DNA of 64,000 nucleotides from Candidatus Limnocylindria bacterium (GCA_036564495.1 DATCOX010000028.1:876-64875), one strand, 5' to 3'; shown: positions 26,176 to 36,619, counted from the first letter of the stretch. Notes: generated from the letters alone by a model not told the origin. Numbers and translations: made by a program.

Positions 26176-27310
26176 AGGGCCACGCGCCGGGACCAAGCCG
26201 GCGATCAGCGAGGTCGATCAGCAATCGCTCACCGCGTGGCTCGCCGCCCGCGGTGAGCCCGCGTATCGGGCCGACCAGATCCTCGCCGGCGCACACCGGC
26301 CGACCGTCGAGAGCCTCGACGACCTCACCGATCTCCCGCGGCCACTGCGCGCGGCGGTTGCCGAGAGGTACCGCTTCTCGTCGATCGTCGGCAGCCACAC
26401 CCTGGTGGCGGATGGGGGTCTGACCGCAAAGGCCGTGCACGAGCTGGCCGATGGCCAGCGCATCGAGTCGGTGCTGATGCGGTACGCGGGTCGCGGCGGC
26501 CGACCGGGACGCACCACCGTCTGCATCAGCTCGCAGGCGGGCTGTGCGGTCGGCTGCCCGTTCTGCGCAACCGGCCAGGCGGGCTTCGGGCGGCAGCTCT
26601 CCTCGGGGGAGATCGTGGACCAGGTGCTGCACTGGCATCGGGACCCTTGGCTGGCCCTTGGCGCGGATTGGCGACCGGGAGGTGGTCGAAGCCACTACAA
26701 CATCGTGTTCATGGGCATGGGCGAGCCGCTGAACAACGTCGACCGGGTCTTCGCCGCGGTCCGCCTGCTCAACGACCCGGATCGGCTGGGGATCGGGGCG
26801 AGGCATATCACGGTGAGCACATCCGGCGTCGTGCCGGGGATCGAGCGGATGGTCGACGAGCTGCCCCAGGTCAACCTCGCGATCAGCCTGCATGCGGCAA
26901 GCGACGACCTGCGCGACGAGCTTGTCCCCATCAACCGCAAGTGGCCGGTCGCCGAGGTCGTGGCCGCCGGACGCCGCTTCGCCGATCGGACCCGACGCCG
27001 GGTCAGCCTCGAATACGTCCTCATCGACGGGATGAACGACACGCTCGAGCAGGCAACCGGCCTGGCCACCCTGGCGAGCGGCTGGCTGTGCCACGTCAAC
27101 CTCATCCCGCTCAACCCGACGCCGGGCTCCCGATGGAGCGGGACCGACGTAGCCGGGGTGCGAGCCTTCGCCTCCACGATCCAGCGCGCCGGCGTCCCGG
27201 TCACCGTGCGCGACACCCGGGGACGCGAGATCGAGGCCGCGTGCGGCCAGCTCCACGCCCAGCTCGCCGGCAGGCCGATCGGGACGCCGCTGCCGGTGGC
27301 ATCGGCGTGA
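26168..27310 (+). CDS. rlmN: 23S rRNA/tRNA (adenine-C2)-methyltransferase, radical SAM
   Basis: CxxxCxxC (GCAVGCPFCATG) radical-SAM cluster and downstream conserved Cys. Confidence 0.9.
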   Translation: MTEGPRAGTKPAISEVDQQSLTAWLAARGEPAYRADQILAGAHRPTVESLDDLTDLPRPLRAAVAERYRFSSIVGSHTLVADGGLTAKAVHELADGQRIESVLMRYAGRGGRPGRTTVCISSQAGCAVGCPFCATGQAGFGRQLSSGEIVDQVLHWHRDPWLALGADWRPGGGRSHYNIVFMGMGEPLNNVDRVFAAVRLLNDPDRLGIGARHITVSTSGVVPGIERMVDELPQVNLAISLHAASDDLRDELVPINRKWPVAEVVAAGRRFADRTRRRVSLEYVLIDGMNDTLEQATGLATLASGWLCHVNLIPLNPTPGSRWSGTDVAGVRAFASTIQRAGVPVTVRDTRGREIEAACGQLHAQLAGRPIGTPLPVASA

Positions 27311-27981
27311 GCACGCGACCGGTGCAGATCAGCGCCAGCCTGCTGAACGCCGACCACGCTCGTCTTGGCGAGGAGGTTCGCCGCGCAGTCGAGGGCGGCG
27401 TGGACTCGATCCACATCGACGTGATGGACGGCCACTTCGTCGAGAGCATCACCATCGGCCCGGCCGTGGTCGAGGCGGTGCGTCCGTTCGCATCGGTCCC
27501 GTACCACGCCCACCTCATGGTCTCGCAGCCGCTGCGCCATGCCCGCGCCTTTGCCGACGCGGGGAGCGACCTGATCGTGGCCCACGTCGAGGCCGAGGAC
27601 GACGCAGCCGAGGTGATCGGCGCGATCCACGGATACGGCCGCGGCGCGGGACTCGCGATCAACCCGGAGACCGAGGCCGAGGCCGTCTTCCCGTATCTCG
27701 ACGCACTCGACCTGCTGCTGGTGATGACGGTCCATCCCGGGCGCGGCGGGCAGGCATTCCTCTCCGAGGTCCTCCCCAAGATGGCGCGTCTGCGGGACGA
27801 GATCGCAAATCGCGGCCTCTCCGTGCCGATCGGGGTCGACGGAGGCGTGCACCTCGATACGATCGGGCCGGCGCACGCCGCCGGGGGAGAGATCATGGTG
27901 GCGGGATCTGCCCTCTTCGGGATCGAGGGCGACCTGGGGCCGACGGTCCAGGCGCTCCGCGGCGCGGCGGAGGTCGCATGA
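27307..27981 (+). CDS. rpe: Ribulose-phosphate 3-epimerase
   Basis: SLLNAD...IHIDVMDGHFV...HLMV motifs; GTG start overlapping rlmN. Confidence 0.85.
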   Translation: MSTRPVQISASLLNADHARLGEEVRRAVEGGVDSIHIDVMDGHFVESITIGPAVVEAVRPFASVPYHAHLMVSQPLRHARAFADAGSDLIVAHVEAEDDAAEVIGAIHGYGRGAGLAINPETEAEAVFPYLDALDLLLVMTVHPGRGGQAFLSEVLPKMARLRDEIANRGLSVPIGVDGGVHLDTIGPAHAAGGEIMVAGSALFGIEGDLGPTVQALRGAAEVA

Positions 27982-29555
27982 GCCTCGGACGCCGCGCCCG
28001 CTCCTTCGCGGCGATGGCGCTGGTTAGCGTGCTGCTGATCGGCTGTGCCGGACCCGGTCCCAAGGAGAGCCCCACCCCTCAGCCCCCGCGCGAGGTGGTG
28101 GTGACGGTCGTGGATCGGACGAACCAGGCACCGGTCCCGCATGCCGTGCTGCGATCGGGCGGCAGCACCGCAACCACCGGTGCGGACGGCACGGCCACGA
28201 TCATCGCGCTCAGCGGCGCGAAGGTCGAAGCCAGTGCCGACGGGTTCGACACCGGCACGGGGACGGTTCCCGACGAGAAAGGGTTGGCCATCTCACTGCG
28301 ACCCAACCTGGTGACCGGAGCGGTGACCGATGCTGACGCGAAGCCGATCGCCGGCGTCCGCGTCTTCGTCGAAGGCTCGACCCAGCTGGCAGTGACCGAC
28401 GCGCAGGGACAGTACGAGCTCGCCGGCGTCCCCGAGCATGGGACGCTCATCTACAAGATGCCCGGCTATCGGCTCGGGGTGATCCCGATCGACGCGCGCA
28501 TGACCAAGGACGTGGCGCTGACGCCGTTCACGGCGCGCGCCCTCTACGCCCCGTCGGCGATCTTCGAGGGGACCGGGCGGCTCGACGCGTTGCTCGCCCT
28601 GATCGACAAGACCGAGGTCAACGCGATGGTGATCGACGTCAAGGAGACGGCCGGCACCCTCTACTGGGCGACCGACCTGCCGGCGGCAAAGGCGGTCAGC
28701 GCGGTCGTCGAGCATCCGCTCTTCCAGCTCGATGAGCTGCTGCCGAAGCTCAAGGCGCGCGGCATCTACACGATCGCCCGCATGGTGGTCATGAAGGACA
28801 ACACGCTGGGCAAGGCTCGGCCCGACCTGGCGGTGATGAACGCCGCGACCGGCAAGCCGTGGCGGGACTACCGCGGCGGCATCTGGCTCGACCCCTACAA
28901 CGCCGGCGTGGCCCAGTACATCGCCGCGCTCGCCGGGGACCTCGCCGACAAGGGCTTCGACGAGGTGCAGCTCGACTACGTGCGCTTCTTCAGCGACGGC
29001 GACTATGCCGTCGCCGACACGAACCTGCCGAACACCCAGTCGTTCCGCCTGCCGGCGATCCGGCGCCTCTTCCGGGTCGTCTCGGACGCGCTGCTGACGA
29101 AGCGGGCCTTCTTCTCCGCGGACGTCTTCCCGATCAGCTTCATCGCCACCGACGACCAGGGGATCGGGCAGCGGCCGGAGGTGATCATGCCGTACGTCGA
29201 CTACTTCTCGCCGATGGTCTATCCGAGCCATTACGGGCCCTACACGTTCGGCTTCGCCAATCCGAACGACCACCCGTATGACGTGATCGACAAGACGCTC
29301 AAGCTCATGAACAAGGAGCGCGTGGGCCTCCGCATGGTGATCCGCCCGTGGATCCAGGACTTCGGCTTCGGGCCGTTCCCGCCCTACACCGCCGCGCAGG
29401 TGCTGCAGGAGATGAAGGCGGCCGCCGACAACGGCGCACAGGGCTGGATGATCTGGAACGCGTCGGCCCGCTTCACGGAGTCAGCGCTCGGTCCGCCACG
29501 CGACGGCGAGGCGTCGGGGCCGATCACCAGCGCCGAGCCCTCGCCGGGCTCCTGA
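27978..29555 (+). CDS. Lipoprotein with CarboxypepD-reg-like beta-sandwich domains and a C-terminal putative glycoside-hydrolase-like TIM barrel (DUF4015-like)
   Basis: Lipobox LLIGC|AG after the signal peptide; repeated VTDAQGQYEL-type motifs; large C-terminal domain of unknown enzymology. Confidence 0.6.
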   Translation: MSLGRRARSFAAMALVSVLLIGCAGPGPKESPTPQPPREVVVTVVDRTNQAPVPHAVLRSGGSTATTGADGTATIIALSGAKVEASADGFDTGTGTVPDEKGLAISLRPNLVTGAVTDADAKPIAGVRVFVEGSTQLAVTDAQGQYELAGVPEHGTLIYKMPGYRLGVIPIDARMTKDVALTPFTARALYAPSAIFEGTGRLDALLALIDKTEVNAMVIDVKETAGTLYWATDLPAAKAVSAVVEHPLFQLDELLPKLKARGIYTIARMVVMKDNTLGKARPDLAVMNAATGKPWRDYRGGIWLDPYNAGVAQYIAALAGDLADKGFDEVQLDYVRFFSDGDYAVADTNLPNTQSFRLPAIRRLFRVVSDALLTKRAFFSADVFPISFIATDDQGIGQRPEVIMPYVDYFSPMVYPSHYGPYTFGFANPNDHPYDVIDKTLKLMNKERVGLRMVIRPWIQDFGFGPFPPYTAAQVLQEMKAAADNGAQGWMIWNASARFTESALGPPRDGEASGPITSAEPSPGS

Positions 29556-29559
29556 CCGC

Positions 29560-30009
29560 GTGCGCCTCGTCATCCAGCGGGTCAGCCGGGCCGAGGTGCG
29601 CGCCGATGGGGTTGTGCTCGGCGCGATCGGCCGCGGCGCGGCCGTCCTCGTCGGGATCGCGGTGGGGGACACCGCCGAGCTCGTCGATCGTCTGGCGGAC
29701 CGGTTCCTCGGCCTTCGCTACTTCGAGGATGCCGACGGCCGGACGAACCTGGCGATCGATGAGGTTGACGGCGCCTTCCTGGTCGTGAGCCAGTTCACAC
29801 TGCTGGCAGACCTGCGGCGGGGCCGGAGGCCGGGCTTTGCGGCGGCCGCGCGGCCTGATCTGGCGGAGCCGATGGTCGACCGCTTCGTCGAGCGCCTGCG
29901 AGCGAGTGGCCGTACCGTGGCAACCGGGCGCTTCGGGGCGGAGATGGAGCTCGAGGTGGTGAACGATGGCCCGTTCACGCTCGTCCTGGATTCCGCCGCG
30001 GAGGGTTGA
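29560..30009 (+). CDS. dtd: D-aminoacyl-tRNA deacylase
   Basis: MRLVIQRV...SQFTL...SGPFTL-like conserved motifs. Confidence 0.85.
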   Translation: MRLVIQRVSRAEVRADGVVLGAIGRGAAVLVGIAVGDTAELVDRLADRFLGLRYFEDADGRTNLAIDEVDGAFLVVSQFTLLADLRRGRRPGFAAAARPDLAEPMVDRFVERLRASGRTVATGRFGAEMELEVVNDGPFTLVLDSAAEG

Positions 30010-30010
30010 G

Positions 30011-30202
30011 TCAGACCTTCTCGGCGGTCCGGATGCAGCGGGAGCAGGCCTTGATGCGCACCGGCGAGCCGTTGCGCTGCACGACCATCGGCTGCAGGTT
30101 GGGCAGCCATCGGCGCAGCGCGCGCTTGCGGTTCATGCCGACCGACTGGGGGTTCCAGCCGGTGATCGGCCGCTTGCCGCAGATGTCGCAGGCTCGAGCC
30201 AT
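30011..30202 (-). CDS. rpmB: 50S ribosomal protein L28
   Basis: MARACDICGKRP...GNRVSHSNIKT-like Cys-containing L28 signature. Confidence 0.85.
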   Translation of the reverse strand: MARACDICGKRPITGWNPQSVGMNRKRALRRWLPNLQPMVVQRNGSPVRIKACSRCIRTAEKV

Positions 30203-30289
30203 GTTGGGAGTCTCCATTCACGAACGAACCGGCGCACCGTCCCTCGGCGTCGCCGGAACGAGCCGATCCTAGCACGCTACGATCGGGCC

Positions 30290-32386
30290 ATGCAATCTGC
30301 GGGGCGGCGCGTCCCAGTGCCCCTCGCCCCGGGCGGCCTCGACCTGCCGATCCGTGCCGTCCTGCCCGAGCTGGCCCGCGGCGCCGCAGCCCTCGCCAGG
30401 CTCGGAATCGTGACCCCGCGGCAGGCGCTCTTCTACCTCCCGTTCCGGTACGACGACTTCAGCGACCTGCGCCCGCTGGGCGAGCTCGTCGCCGATGAGA
30501 AGCAGTCGGCGCGCGCGAGGGTGACCGACATCAAGATCGAGCCTGGCTTCGGCCGCCGCCCGCAGCGCGTCATCGCCCAACTGGCCGACGACACCGGGAC
30601 CGCCGAGGCGATCTGGTTCGGGCGGCGCTACGTCGAGCGCCGACTGGAGCAGGGGGCCGAGGTCGTCCTGAGCGGGAAGGTGACCTTCCGCGGCTGGCGG
30701 CCGCAGTTCACGTCGCCCGACTTCTCACCGGTGGGGCACGAGTCGATCCACACCGCGCGCGTCGTCCCGATCTACCGGCTGGTCGGTGGAGTCACCCAGC
30801 GTCGCGTCCGCGAGCTGCTGGCGCGCGTGCTCGAGCGGGCGTTGCCCGCGATCGAGGACCCGCTCCAGCCAGCCGAGCGCGGCGAACTCCCGCTCCTCGC
30901 CGATGCCCTCCGGGCCGCGCACTTTCCGGAGGAGGCCGCGGACGTGCCGGCTGCGCTCGACCGCCTGGCGTTCGACGAGCTGCTGGCGCTGCAGCTCAGC
31001 ATGGCGCAGGCTCGTGAGGCGCGCGCGGACGAGCGGTCGGCCAGTGTCGCCATCGACCCACAGGAGCTGGGGGCGCTGCTCGAGGCGCTCCCGTTCGCCC
31101 TGACCGGAGACCAGCGCGGGGCGGTCGACGAGATCATCACGGACCTCGCCTCGGACGAGCCGATGCGGCGCCTGCTGCAGGGCGACGTCGGCAGCGGCAA
31201 GACGGCGGTCGCGGCGGTGGCGCTGGCCGGTGTCGTGCGTGCCGGCTGGCAGGGCGTCCTCATGGCGCCGACGGAGATCCTGGCGCGCCAGCACCATCTC
31301 GGGCTGGCTCCGCTGCTCGAGGCACTCGGGGTTCGCGCCGAGTTCCTGTCGGGATCGCTGGCGGCGGCGGCCAAGGGCCGCATCCACAACGCGATCGAGG
31401 CTGGGGAGGCCGAAGTCGTGATCGGGACGCACGCCGTGATCGCGGAGGCGGTGACGTTCGACCGGCTCGCCCTCGCGGTGGTGGACGAGCAGCATCGCTT
31501 CGGCGTGGCGCAGCGCGCCGCCCTCCAGGCCAAGGGGGCCGGTCGCGAGCCCCACCTGCTGGCGCTCACCGCCACCCCGATCCCGCGCACGCTGGCGCTG
31601 ACCTTCTACGCCGACATGGCGATCAGCACGATCCGCGAGATGCCGCCCGGGCGACGCGCGATCCGCACCGAGCTCCGCACCCGATCGGCGATGCCGGGGA
31701 TCGAGGCGTTCCTCGCCTCGGAGGCGGCCGGGGGCCGGCAGTCGTTCGTGGTGGTCCCGCTCGTCGCCGAGAGCGAGGCGCTCAGCGCGGCCTCGGCCGA
31801 GTCCGAGCTCGAGCGGTTGCGAGCTGCGCTGCCCGACCTCCGCATCGGCCTCGTCCATGGGCAGCAGCGGGCAGACCTTCGCGACGCGACGATGGCCGCC
31901 TTCGCGGCCGCCGACCTCGACCTGCTGGTGGCGACCACCGTCATCGAGGTCGGGATCGACGTGCCGAACGCCTCGGTCATGCTGGTCGAGGACGCCGATC
32001 GCTTCGGCCTCGCGCAGCTGCATCAGCTCCGCGGACGGGTGGGCCGGGGTGAGCAGCAGTCGTACTGCATCCTCGTCAGCGATGCCGTCGACGATCGCTC
32101 GCGGGAGCGCCTCGAGGTGGTGCGCGGCTCGAACGACGGGTTCGCGATCGCCGAGGCCGACCTCCGGCTGCGGGGCGCCGGCAACGTGCTCGGCACGCGA
32201 CAGTCCGGCCTGCCGCCGCTGCGCGTCGCATCGCTCTTCGAGCCTCGCCACCTCGTCCTCGCCGAGCGCGCGGGTGCCCTGGCGCGACGCCTGGTCGCGG
32301 CCGACCCCACGCTCAGCGCTCGGCCGGAGCTGGTTCGCATGCGCGACGACCTCGCCTCGGCCGAGGAGGAGGGCGACGCGGCCTGA
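30290..32386 (+). CDS. recG: ATP-dependent DNA helicase RecG
   Basis: Wedge domain; helicase motifs (GDVGSGKT, DEQHRFG, TATPIPRT, QLRGRVGRG). Confidence 0.9.
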   Translation: MQSAGRRVPVPLAPGGLDLPIRAVLPELARGAAALARLGIVTPRQALFYLPFRYDDFSDLRPLGELVADEKQSARARVTDIKIEPGFGRRPQRVIAQLADDTGTAEAIWFGRRYVERRLEQGAEVVLSGKVTFRGWRPQFTSPDFSPVGHESIHTARVVPIYRLVGGVTQRRVRELLARVLERALPAIEDPLQPAERGELPLLADALRAAHFPEEAADVPAALDRLAFDELLALQLSMAQAREARADERSASVAIDPQELGALLEALPFALTGDQRGAVDEIITDLASDEPMRRLLQGDVGSGKTAVAAVALAGVVRAGWQGVLMAPTEILARQHHLGLAPLLEALGVRAEFLSGSLAAAAKGRIHNAIEAGEAEVVIGTHAVIAEAVTFDRLALAVVDEQHRFGVAQRAALQAKGAGREPHLLALTATPIPRTLALTFYADMAISTIREMPPGRRAIRTELRTRSAMPGIEAFLASEAAGGRQSFVVVPLVAESEALSAASAESELERLRAALPDLRIGLVHGQQRADLRDATMAAFAAADLDLLVATTVIEVGIDVPNASVMLVEDADRFGLAQLHQLRGRVGRGEQQSYCILVSDAVDDRSRERLEVVRGSNDGFAIAEADLRLRGAGNVLGTRQSGLPPLRVASLFEPRHLVLAERAGALARRLVAADPTLSARPELVRMRDDLASAEEEGDAA

Positions 32387-32946
32387 TGCGCGTCATCGCC
32401 GGCAGCGCTCGCGGGCGGCCGCTCGTCGCTCCCCGCGGCAGCGCCACCCGCCCGATCACCGACCGCGTCAAGGAGACCCTCTTCGGGATCCTCGGCGAAC
32501 GCGTCATCGACGCACGGGTCCTCGACCTGTACGCGGGCAGCGGCGCCATCGGGATCGAGGCCCTGTCGCGGGGCGCCGCCAGCTGCGACTTCGTCGAGCA
32601 CGATCGCCGGGCCGTCGCCGCCATCCGGGAGAACCTGGAACGGGCCGGGGTGGGTGAGCATGCATCGGTCCATGCGGTGGACGTCATGCGCTACCTGGGG
32701 CACCCGCCGGAGGATCGCTACGGCCTCGTTTTCCTGGATCCGCCGTACGAGGAGCGTGCTATCCTCGCGCCGCTCGAGCGGCTGGGCGAGCGCCTCGCGC
32801 CGGGGGCAGCCGTGGTCGTCAAGCACCATTGGCGCACACCGATCCCCGAGGCGCCCGGACTCGGCCGCTGGCGCGAGCGACGCTTCGGTGAGACGACCCT
32901 GACCTTCCTGGCCGCGACCGACGAAGCCGATGGAGTGGAGGAGTGA
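32386..32946 (+). CDS. rsmD: 16S rRNA (guanine966-N2)-methyltransferase
   Basis: MRVIAGSARGR...LDLYAGSGA...DPPY motifs. Confidence 0.85.
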   Translation: MRVIAGSARGRPLVAPRGSATRPITDRVKETLFGILGERVIDARVLDLYAGSGAIGIEALSRGAASCDFVEHDRRAVAAIRENLERAGVGEHASVHAVDVMRYLGHPPEDRYGLVFLDPPYEERAILAPLERLGERLAPGAAVVVKHHWRTPIPEAPGLGRWRERRFGETTLTFLAATDEADGVEE

Positions 32947-33437
32947 TGAGCCGCGTCGCCGTCTTCCCGGGCTCGTTCGACCCGATGACCAACGCGCATC
33001 TCGACGTCGCCCGTCGGGCGGCCGCGCTCTTCGATCGGCTGGTGATTGGCGTCCTCAACAACCCGCGCAAGTCGCCGCTCTTCGCCGTCGACGAGCGGAT
33101 CGCCCAGATCAGTAAGGCGGTCGCCGAGTTCGGCGCGAACGTCGAGGTCGACGGGTTCGACGGCCTGACGGTCGACTTCGCGCGCGGCCATGGGGCCGGC
33201 TTCATCGTCCGCGGGCTGCGCGCGGTGAGCGACTTCGAGGCCGAGCTCCAGATGGCGCACACCAACCGCAAGCTGCAACCGGGCGTCGACACCGTCTTCC
33301 TGATGTCCGCGCTCGACTATGGGTACCTCTCGAGCAGCCTCGCCAAGGAGGTCGCCCAGTTCGGCGGCGCGATCGACGACATGGTGCCGGCGCCGGTGGC
33401 CGCCGCGCTGCGCACGCGCTTCTCGTCGGGGGCCTGA
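32943..33437 (+). CDS. coaD: Phosphopantetheine adenylyltransferase
   Basis: GSFDPMTNAHLD (T/HxGH nucleotidyltransferase motif). Confidence 0.9.
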   Translation: MMSRVAVFPGSFDPMTNAHLDVARRAAALFDRLVIGVLNNPRKSPLFAVDERIAQISKAVAEFGANVEVDGFDGLTVDFARGHGAGFIVRGLRAVSDFEAELQMAHTNRKLQPGVDTVFLMSALDYGYLSSSLAKEVAQFGGAIDDMVPAPVAAALRTRFSSGA

Positions 33438-33454
33438 GGGCGGCGGAGCGAGTC

Positions 33455-33460
33455 TATAAT
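33455..33460 (+). promoter_or_regulatory. Perfect TATAAT -10 hexamer upstream of the coiled-coil gene
   Basis: Only perfect TATAAT seen in the window; about 65 nt before the putative TTG start. Confidence 0.3.
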
Positions 33461-33524
33461 CCGCGCCACGAACGAGTCGTCGCGGGAGGTCTCAGCCACG
33501 GACATCATCTTCCTTGTCGAGCGG

Positions 33525-34028
33525 TTGGAGTCGCTCGCCGCCAGCGCCAAGAAGCTACCCCTCACCAACAACGTGGTGCTCGACCAGGCAGCGGTCCTGG
33601 AATTGATCGACCAGCTGCGGGTGGCGGTCCCCCCGGAGGTAGCGCAGGCGCGGCGCATCACCGAAGAGGCTGGCCGCATCACCGAGCGCGCGCGAGAGGA
33701 AGGCGAAGCGGTGATCGCCCGGGCCCAGGAGCAGGCCGCCCGCATGCTCGGGGAGCGCGAGCTGGTGCAGATGGCCAAGCATCGCGCCGAGGAGATCATC
33801 GAGGCTGCGACCCGTGAGGCGGCGGACATCCGCCGCGGCGGCGACGAGTACGCCGCCGGCGTCCTGATCCGGCTCGAGGGCGAGTGCATCAAGGCGCTGA
33901 CCAGCATCAAGCGCGGGATCGACATGCTCGACGAGCGCTATCGCCCGTCGCGCGGGGTGAACGACGAGGCAGATCCGCTGCCGGTCGTGGACGAGCCCGA
34001 GGCGCTGAGGTCCGTCGCCGGGTCGTGA
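33525..34028 (+). CDS. Hypothetical coiled-coil protein (167 aa); start codon uncertain (TTG; no ATG/GTG in the open frame)
   Basis: Charged heptad-rich sequence; conserved position between coaD and the DUF177 gene. Confidence 0.5.
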   Translation: MESLAASAKKLPLTNNVVLDQAAVLELIDQLRVAVPPEVAQARRITEEAGRITERAREEGEAVIARAQEQAARMLGERELVQMAKHRAEEIIEAATREAADIRRGGDEYAAGVLIRLEGECIKALTSIKRGIDMLDERYRPSRGVNDEADPLPVVDEPEALRSVAGS

Positions 34029-34561
34029 TCGTCTTCAACGTCGCGGGCATGCTCCAGGAGCCGCCGGGAGCGACCCGCGAGGTTGCCCTGAGCGACCGTT
34101 ACCTGAGCGTCGGCGCCGACGTGGAGCTGGCCGGTCCGGTCGACGGCCAGATCCGCCTGCAGCGCACCAATCGCGGGATCCTGCTTCGCGGCTCGGTGGA
34201 CGCGCCCGTGCGACGCACCTGTTCGCGTTGCCTGGACCCGTTCGTGGAGACGGTCCACCTGGCGCTGGCGGAGGAGTTCCTGCCCACCGTCGATCCGCAG
34301 CGCGGCGTCGCGCTGCCGCCCCTCGCACCGAACGAGGCGGCGCTGGCGATCGACGCGCGGCACCAGATCGACCTCACCCCGGTCCTGCACGACGAGCTGG
34401 CCTTGAGCGAGCCGATGCATCCGCTCTGCCGACCCGACTGCCCGGGCCTCTGCCCTGGCTGCGGGCGCCACATGGATGTCGGGAGCTGCGACTGCGTTGG
34501 CGATGAGCCGGATCCGCGCCTTGCCGGACTGGCGCGCCTGCTCGAAGAGTTGCGCGACTGA
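34025..34561 (+). CDS. YceD/DUF177 family protein (large-subunit rRNA accumulation factor)
   Basis: C-terminal CxxC...CxxC motif (CPGLCPGCG); conserved synteny immediately upstream of rpmF. Confidence 0.8.
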   Translation: MIVFNVAGMLQEPPGATREVALSDRYLSVGADVELAGPVDGQIRLQRTNRGILLRGSVDAPVRRTCSRCLDPFVETVHLALAEEFLPTVDPQRGVALPPLAPNEAALAIDARHQIDLTPVLHDELALSEPMHPLCRPDCPGLCPGCGRHMDVGSCDCVGDEPDPRLAGLARLLEELRD

Positions 34562-34598
34562 CGCCTGGCCCGCTCTCGCCTCGCGACCGATCGGCGGC

Positions 34599-34604
34599 TA
34601 TACT
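34599..34604 (+). promoter_or_regulatory. TATACT -10 box upstream of rpmF
   Basis: 37 nt before the rpmF start. Confidence 0.3.
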
Positions 34605-34640
34605 GCGACGTCCCCTGATACGTCGGTGTAGGAGTCGCGC

Positions 34641-34844
34641 GTGGGCGTCCCCAAGCGAAAGGTCTCGAAGGCACGGCAGGGCGAGCGGCGCTCGCACCTG
34701 GCGATCGGCGCACCCCCGCTGGTCGAGTGTTCGCATTGCCACGAGCTGAAGCTCGCGCACCACGTGTGTGCGACCTGCGGCTACTACGATGGCCGCGAGG
34801 TGGTCGTGATCGAGCCAACCGCGCCGGCCGAAGGCCAGCGCTGA
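34641..34844 (+). CDS. rpmF: 50S ribosomal protein L32
   Basis: [19 protein letters not shown]; zinc-ribbon CSHC...CATCG. Confidence 0.9.
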   Translation: MGVPKRKVSKARQGERRSHLAIGAPPLVECSHCHELKLAHHVCATCGYYDGREVVVIEPTAPAEGQR

Positions 34845-34857
34845 CGCGGAGCGGCTG

Positions 34858-35931
34858 ATGCGGATCGCGGTCGACGCGATGGGCGGCGACTTCGCCCCCC
34901 GCGAGATCGTTCGCGGCGCCATCACGTACGCCGCCTCCCACGCCGACGATGTGATCCTGGTCGGTGACGTGCCGCGAATCGAGGCCGAGATCGCCGAGTT
35001 CGGTCGCGGACACCCGGCGAGCGTCTCGTTCGTCGACGCCCCCGAGGTGATCGAGATGGGGGAGCATCCCGCCGCGGCGCTGCGCGCCAAGCGCCGGTCG
35101 TCGATCCGCGTGGCGACCGACCTCGTCCGCGACGGTCTCGCCGACGCGCTGGTGAGCGCCGGATCGACCGGCGCCACCATGGCCGCCGCGGTTGTTCGCC
35201 TGGGCCGCATCGACGGGATCGATCGCCCCGCTCTGGCTGCCCATCTCGTCACCGCCAGTGGACCGATCCTGCTCCTCGACGTCGGGGCCAACGTCGACTC
35301 GGACGCGAGCAACCTCGTGCACTACGCCGTCATGGGCTCGATCTACGCCGAGCACGTCCTGAAGGTCGAGCGACCGCGCGTCGGCCTGTTGAACATCGGC
35401 GAGGAGGCGGAGAAGGGCGACGCGCTCGTGCGCGAGGCCTATCCGCGGCTCCAGGAGAGCGGCCTGAACTTCATCGGCAACGTCGAGGGGAACGACATGG
35501 TGGGTCATGCCGCCGATGTCGTGGTCTGCGACGGATTCGTGGGCAACGTCGTGATCAAGTTCTTCGAGGGGCTGACCAGCTACATCTTCCGGTCCCTGCG
35601 CACGGACCTCCAGCAGGGACCGATCGCCCCCCTGGCGCTGCTGGCGCTCAAGCCGGGCTTCGATCGCATGAAGCATCGCTTCGACTACGAGCGATACGGC
35701 GGCGCCCCGCTCCTGGGGGTGCGAGGGGTGAGCATCGTGACCCACGGCCGCGCGCGAGCCCGGATGCTCGAGAACGCAATCCGGGTCGCCTCCGAGGCGG
35801 CCACCGAACGCATCCCGCAGCTCATCGCCGATTGGACGAGCGAGCATCCCGCCCTTACCCGTCGCGACCCGGGCGAGCTGATCGCCGGCGGTACGGAGCC
35901 ACTCGTGGCGGGGCCGGGAGGCGACGCCTGA
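34858..35931 (+). CDS. plsX: Phosphate acyltransferase PlsX
   Basis: [11 protein letters not shown]...N-terminal signature; 357 aa. Confidence 0.9.
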   Translation: MRIAVDAMGGDFAPREIVRGAITYAASHADDVILVGDVPRIEAEIAEFGRGHPASVSFVDAPEVIEMGEHPAAALRAKRRSSIRVATDLVRDGLADALVSAGSTGATMAAAVVRLGRIDGIDRPALAAHLVTASGPILLLDVGANVDSDASNLVHYAVMGSIYAEHVLKVERPRVGLLNIGEEAEKGDALVREAYPRLQESGLNFIGNVEGNDMVGHAADVVVCDGFVGNVVIKFFEGLTSYIFRSLRTDLQQGPIAPLALLALKPGFDRMKHRFDYERYGGAPLLGVRGVSIVTHGRARARMLENAIRVASEAATERIPQLIADWTSEHPALTRRDPGELIAGGTEPLVAGPGGDA

Positions 35932-35957
35932 CCAGCGCGCCCTCGCGGCGCCACCGG

Positions 35958-36377
35958 GTGCGGCCCAGCCCCGGCCTGGAGGCGCGCCGGCTGGCGCTCC
36001 TCGCGCTCTTCGAGGACGAGTTCCGGCCGGCACAGGCGCTCGCGGCGCTTCATCGTCTGGTGGAGGAGCATGCGACCGAGGACGAGGTGGCCGCCCACGC
36101 CCGCCGGATCGTGGACGGGGTCATCGCGAACCGCTCGTCGCTCGACGAGCGGATTGCCGAATTCGCCCCCGCGATCCCCGTCAGCGAGCTCGGCAAAATC
36201 GAGCGCACGATCCTCCGGAGCGCGCTATGGGAGGTGCTATACTCCGCCGCGACCTCGAGCGGGGAGACGATTCACGACGCCGTTTCCCTTGCCCGGACCT
36301 ACTCCGGGGACGCGGCTCGCCGCCTCGTGAACGGCGTCCTGGGAAGCGTTGCCAGATCATCGCCTGGAGGAGCCTGA
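35958..36377 (+). CDS. nusB: NusB-family transcription antitermination protein (unusual position between plsX and acpP); start uncertain
   Basis: C-terminal part aligns to NusB ([19 protein letters not shown]...VNGVLGSV); the open frame extends back into plsX, GTG 35958 chosen. Confidence 0.55.
   Translation: MRPSPGLEARRLALLALFEDEFRPAQALAALHRLVEEHATEDEVAAHARRIVDGVIANRSSLDERIAEFAPAIPVSELGKIERTILRSALWEVLYSAATSSGETIHDAVSLARTYSGDAARRLVNGVLGSVARSSPGGA
36238..36243 (+). promoter_or_regulatory. TGnTATACT extended -10 inside the nusB-like gene; candidate internal promoter for acpP
   Basis: ggTGcTATACT 137 nt upstream of acpP. Confidence 0.3.
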
Positions 36378-36379
36378 CG

Positions 36380-36619
36380 GTGACCGACGGAACCACGTTC
36401 GACCGACTGAAGAAGCTGATCGTCGAGCAGCTGGGCGTCGATGAGGAGGAGGTCACGCCGACCGCCTCGTTCGTCGAGGACCTGAATGCGGACTCGCTCG
36501 ACCTCGTAGAGCTGATCATGAGCCTCGAGGAGGAGTTCGGCATGGAGATCTCCGACGAGGATGCCGAGAAGATCCAGAAGGTCTCCGACGCGGTCGACTA
36601 CATCGAGGAGCACCAGTAG
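36380..36619 (+). CDS. acpP: Acyl carrier protein
   Basis: Phosphopantetheine attachment motif [12 protein letters not shown]; GGAGG RBS before GTG. Confidence 0.9.
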   Translation: MTDGTTFDRLKKLIVEQLGVDEEEVTPTASFVEDLNADSLDLVELIMSLEEEFGMEISDEDAEKIQKVSDAVDYIEEHQ

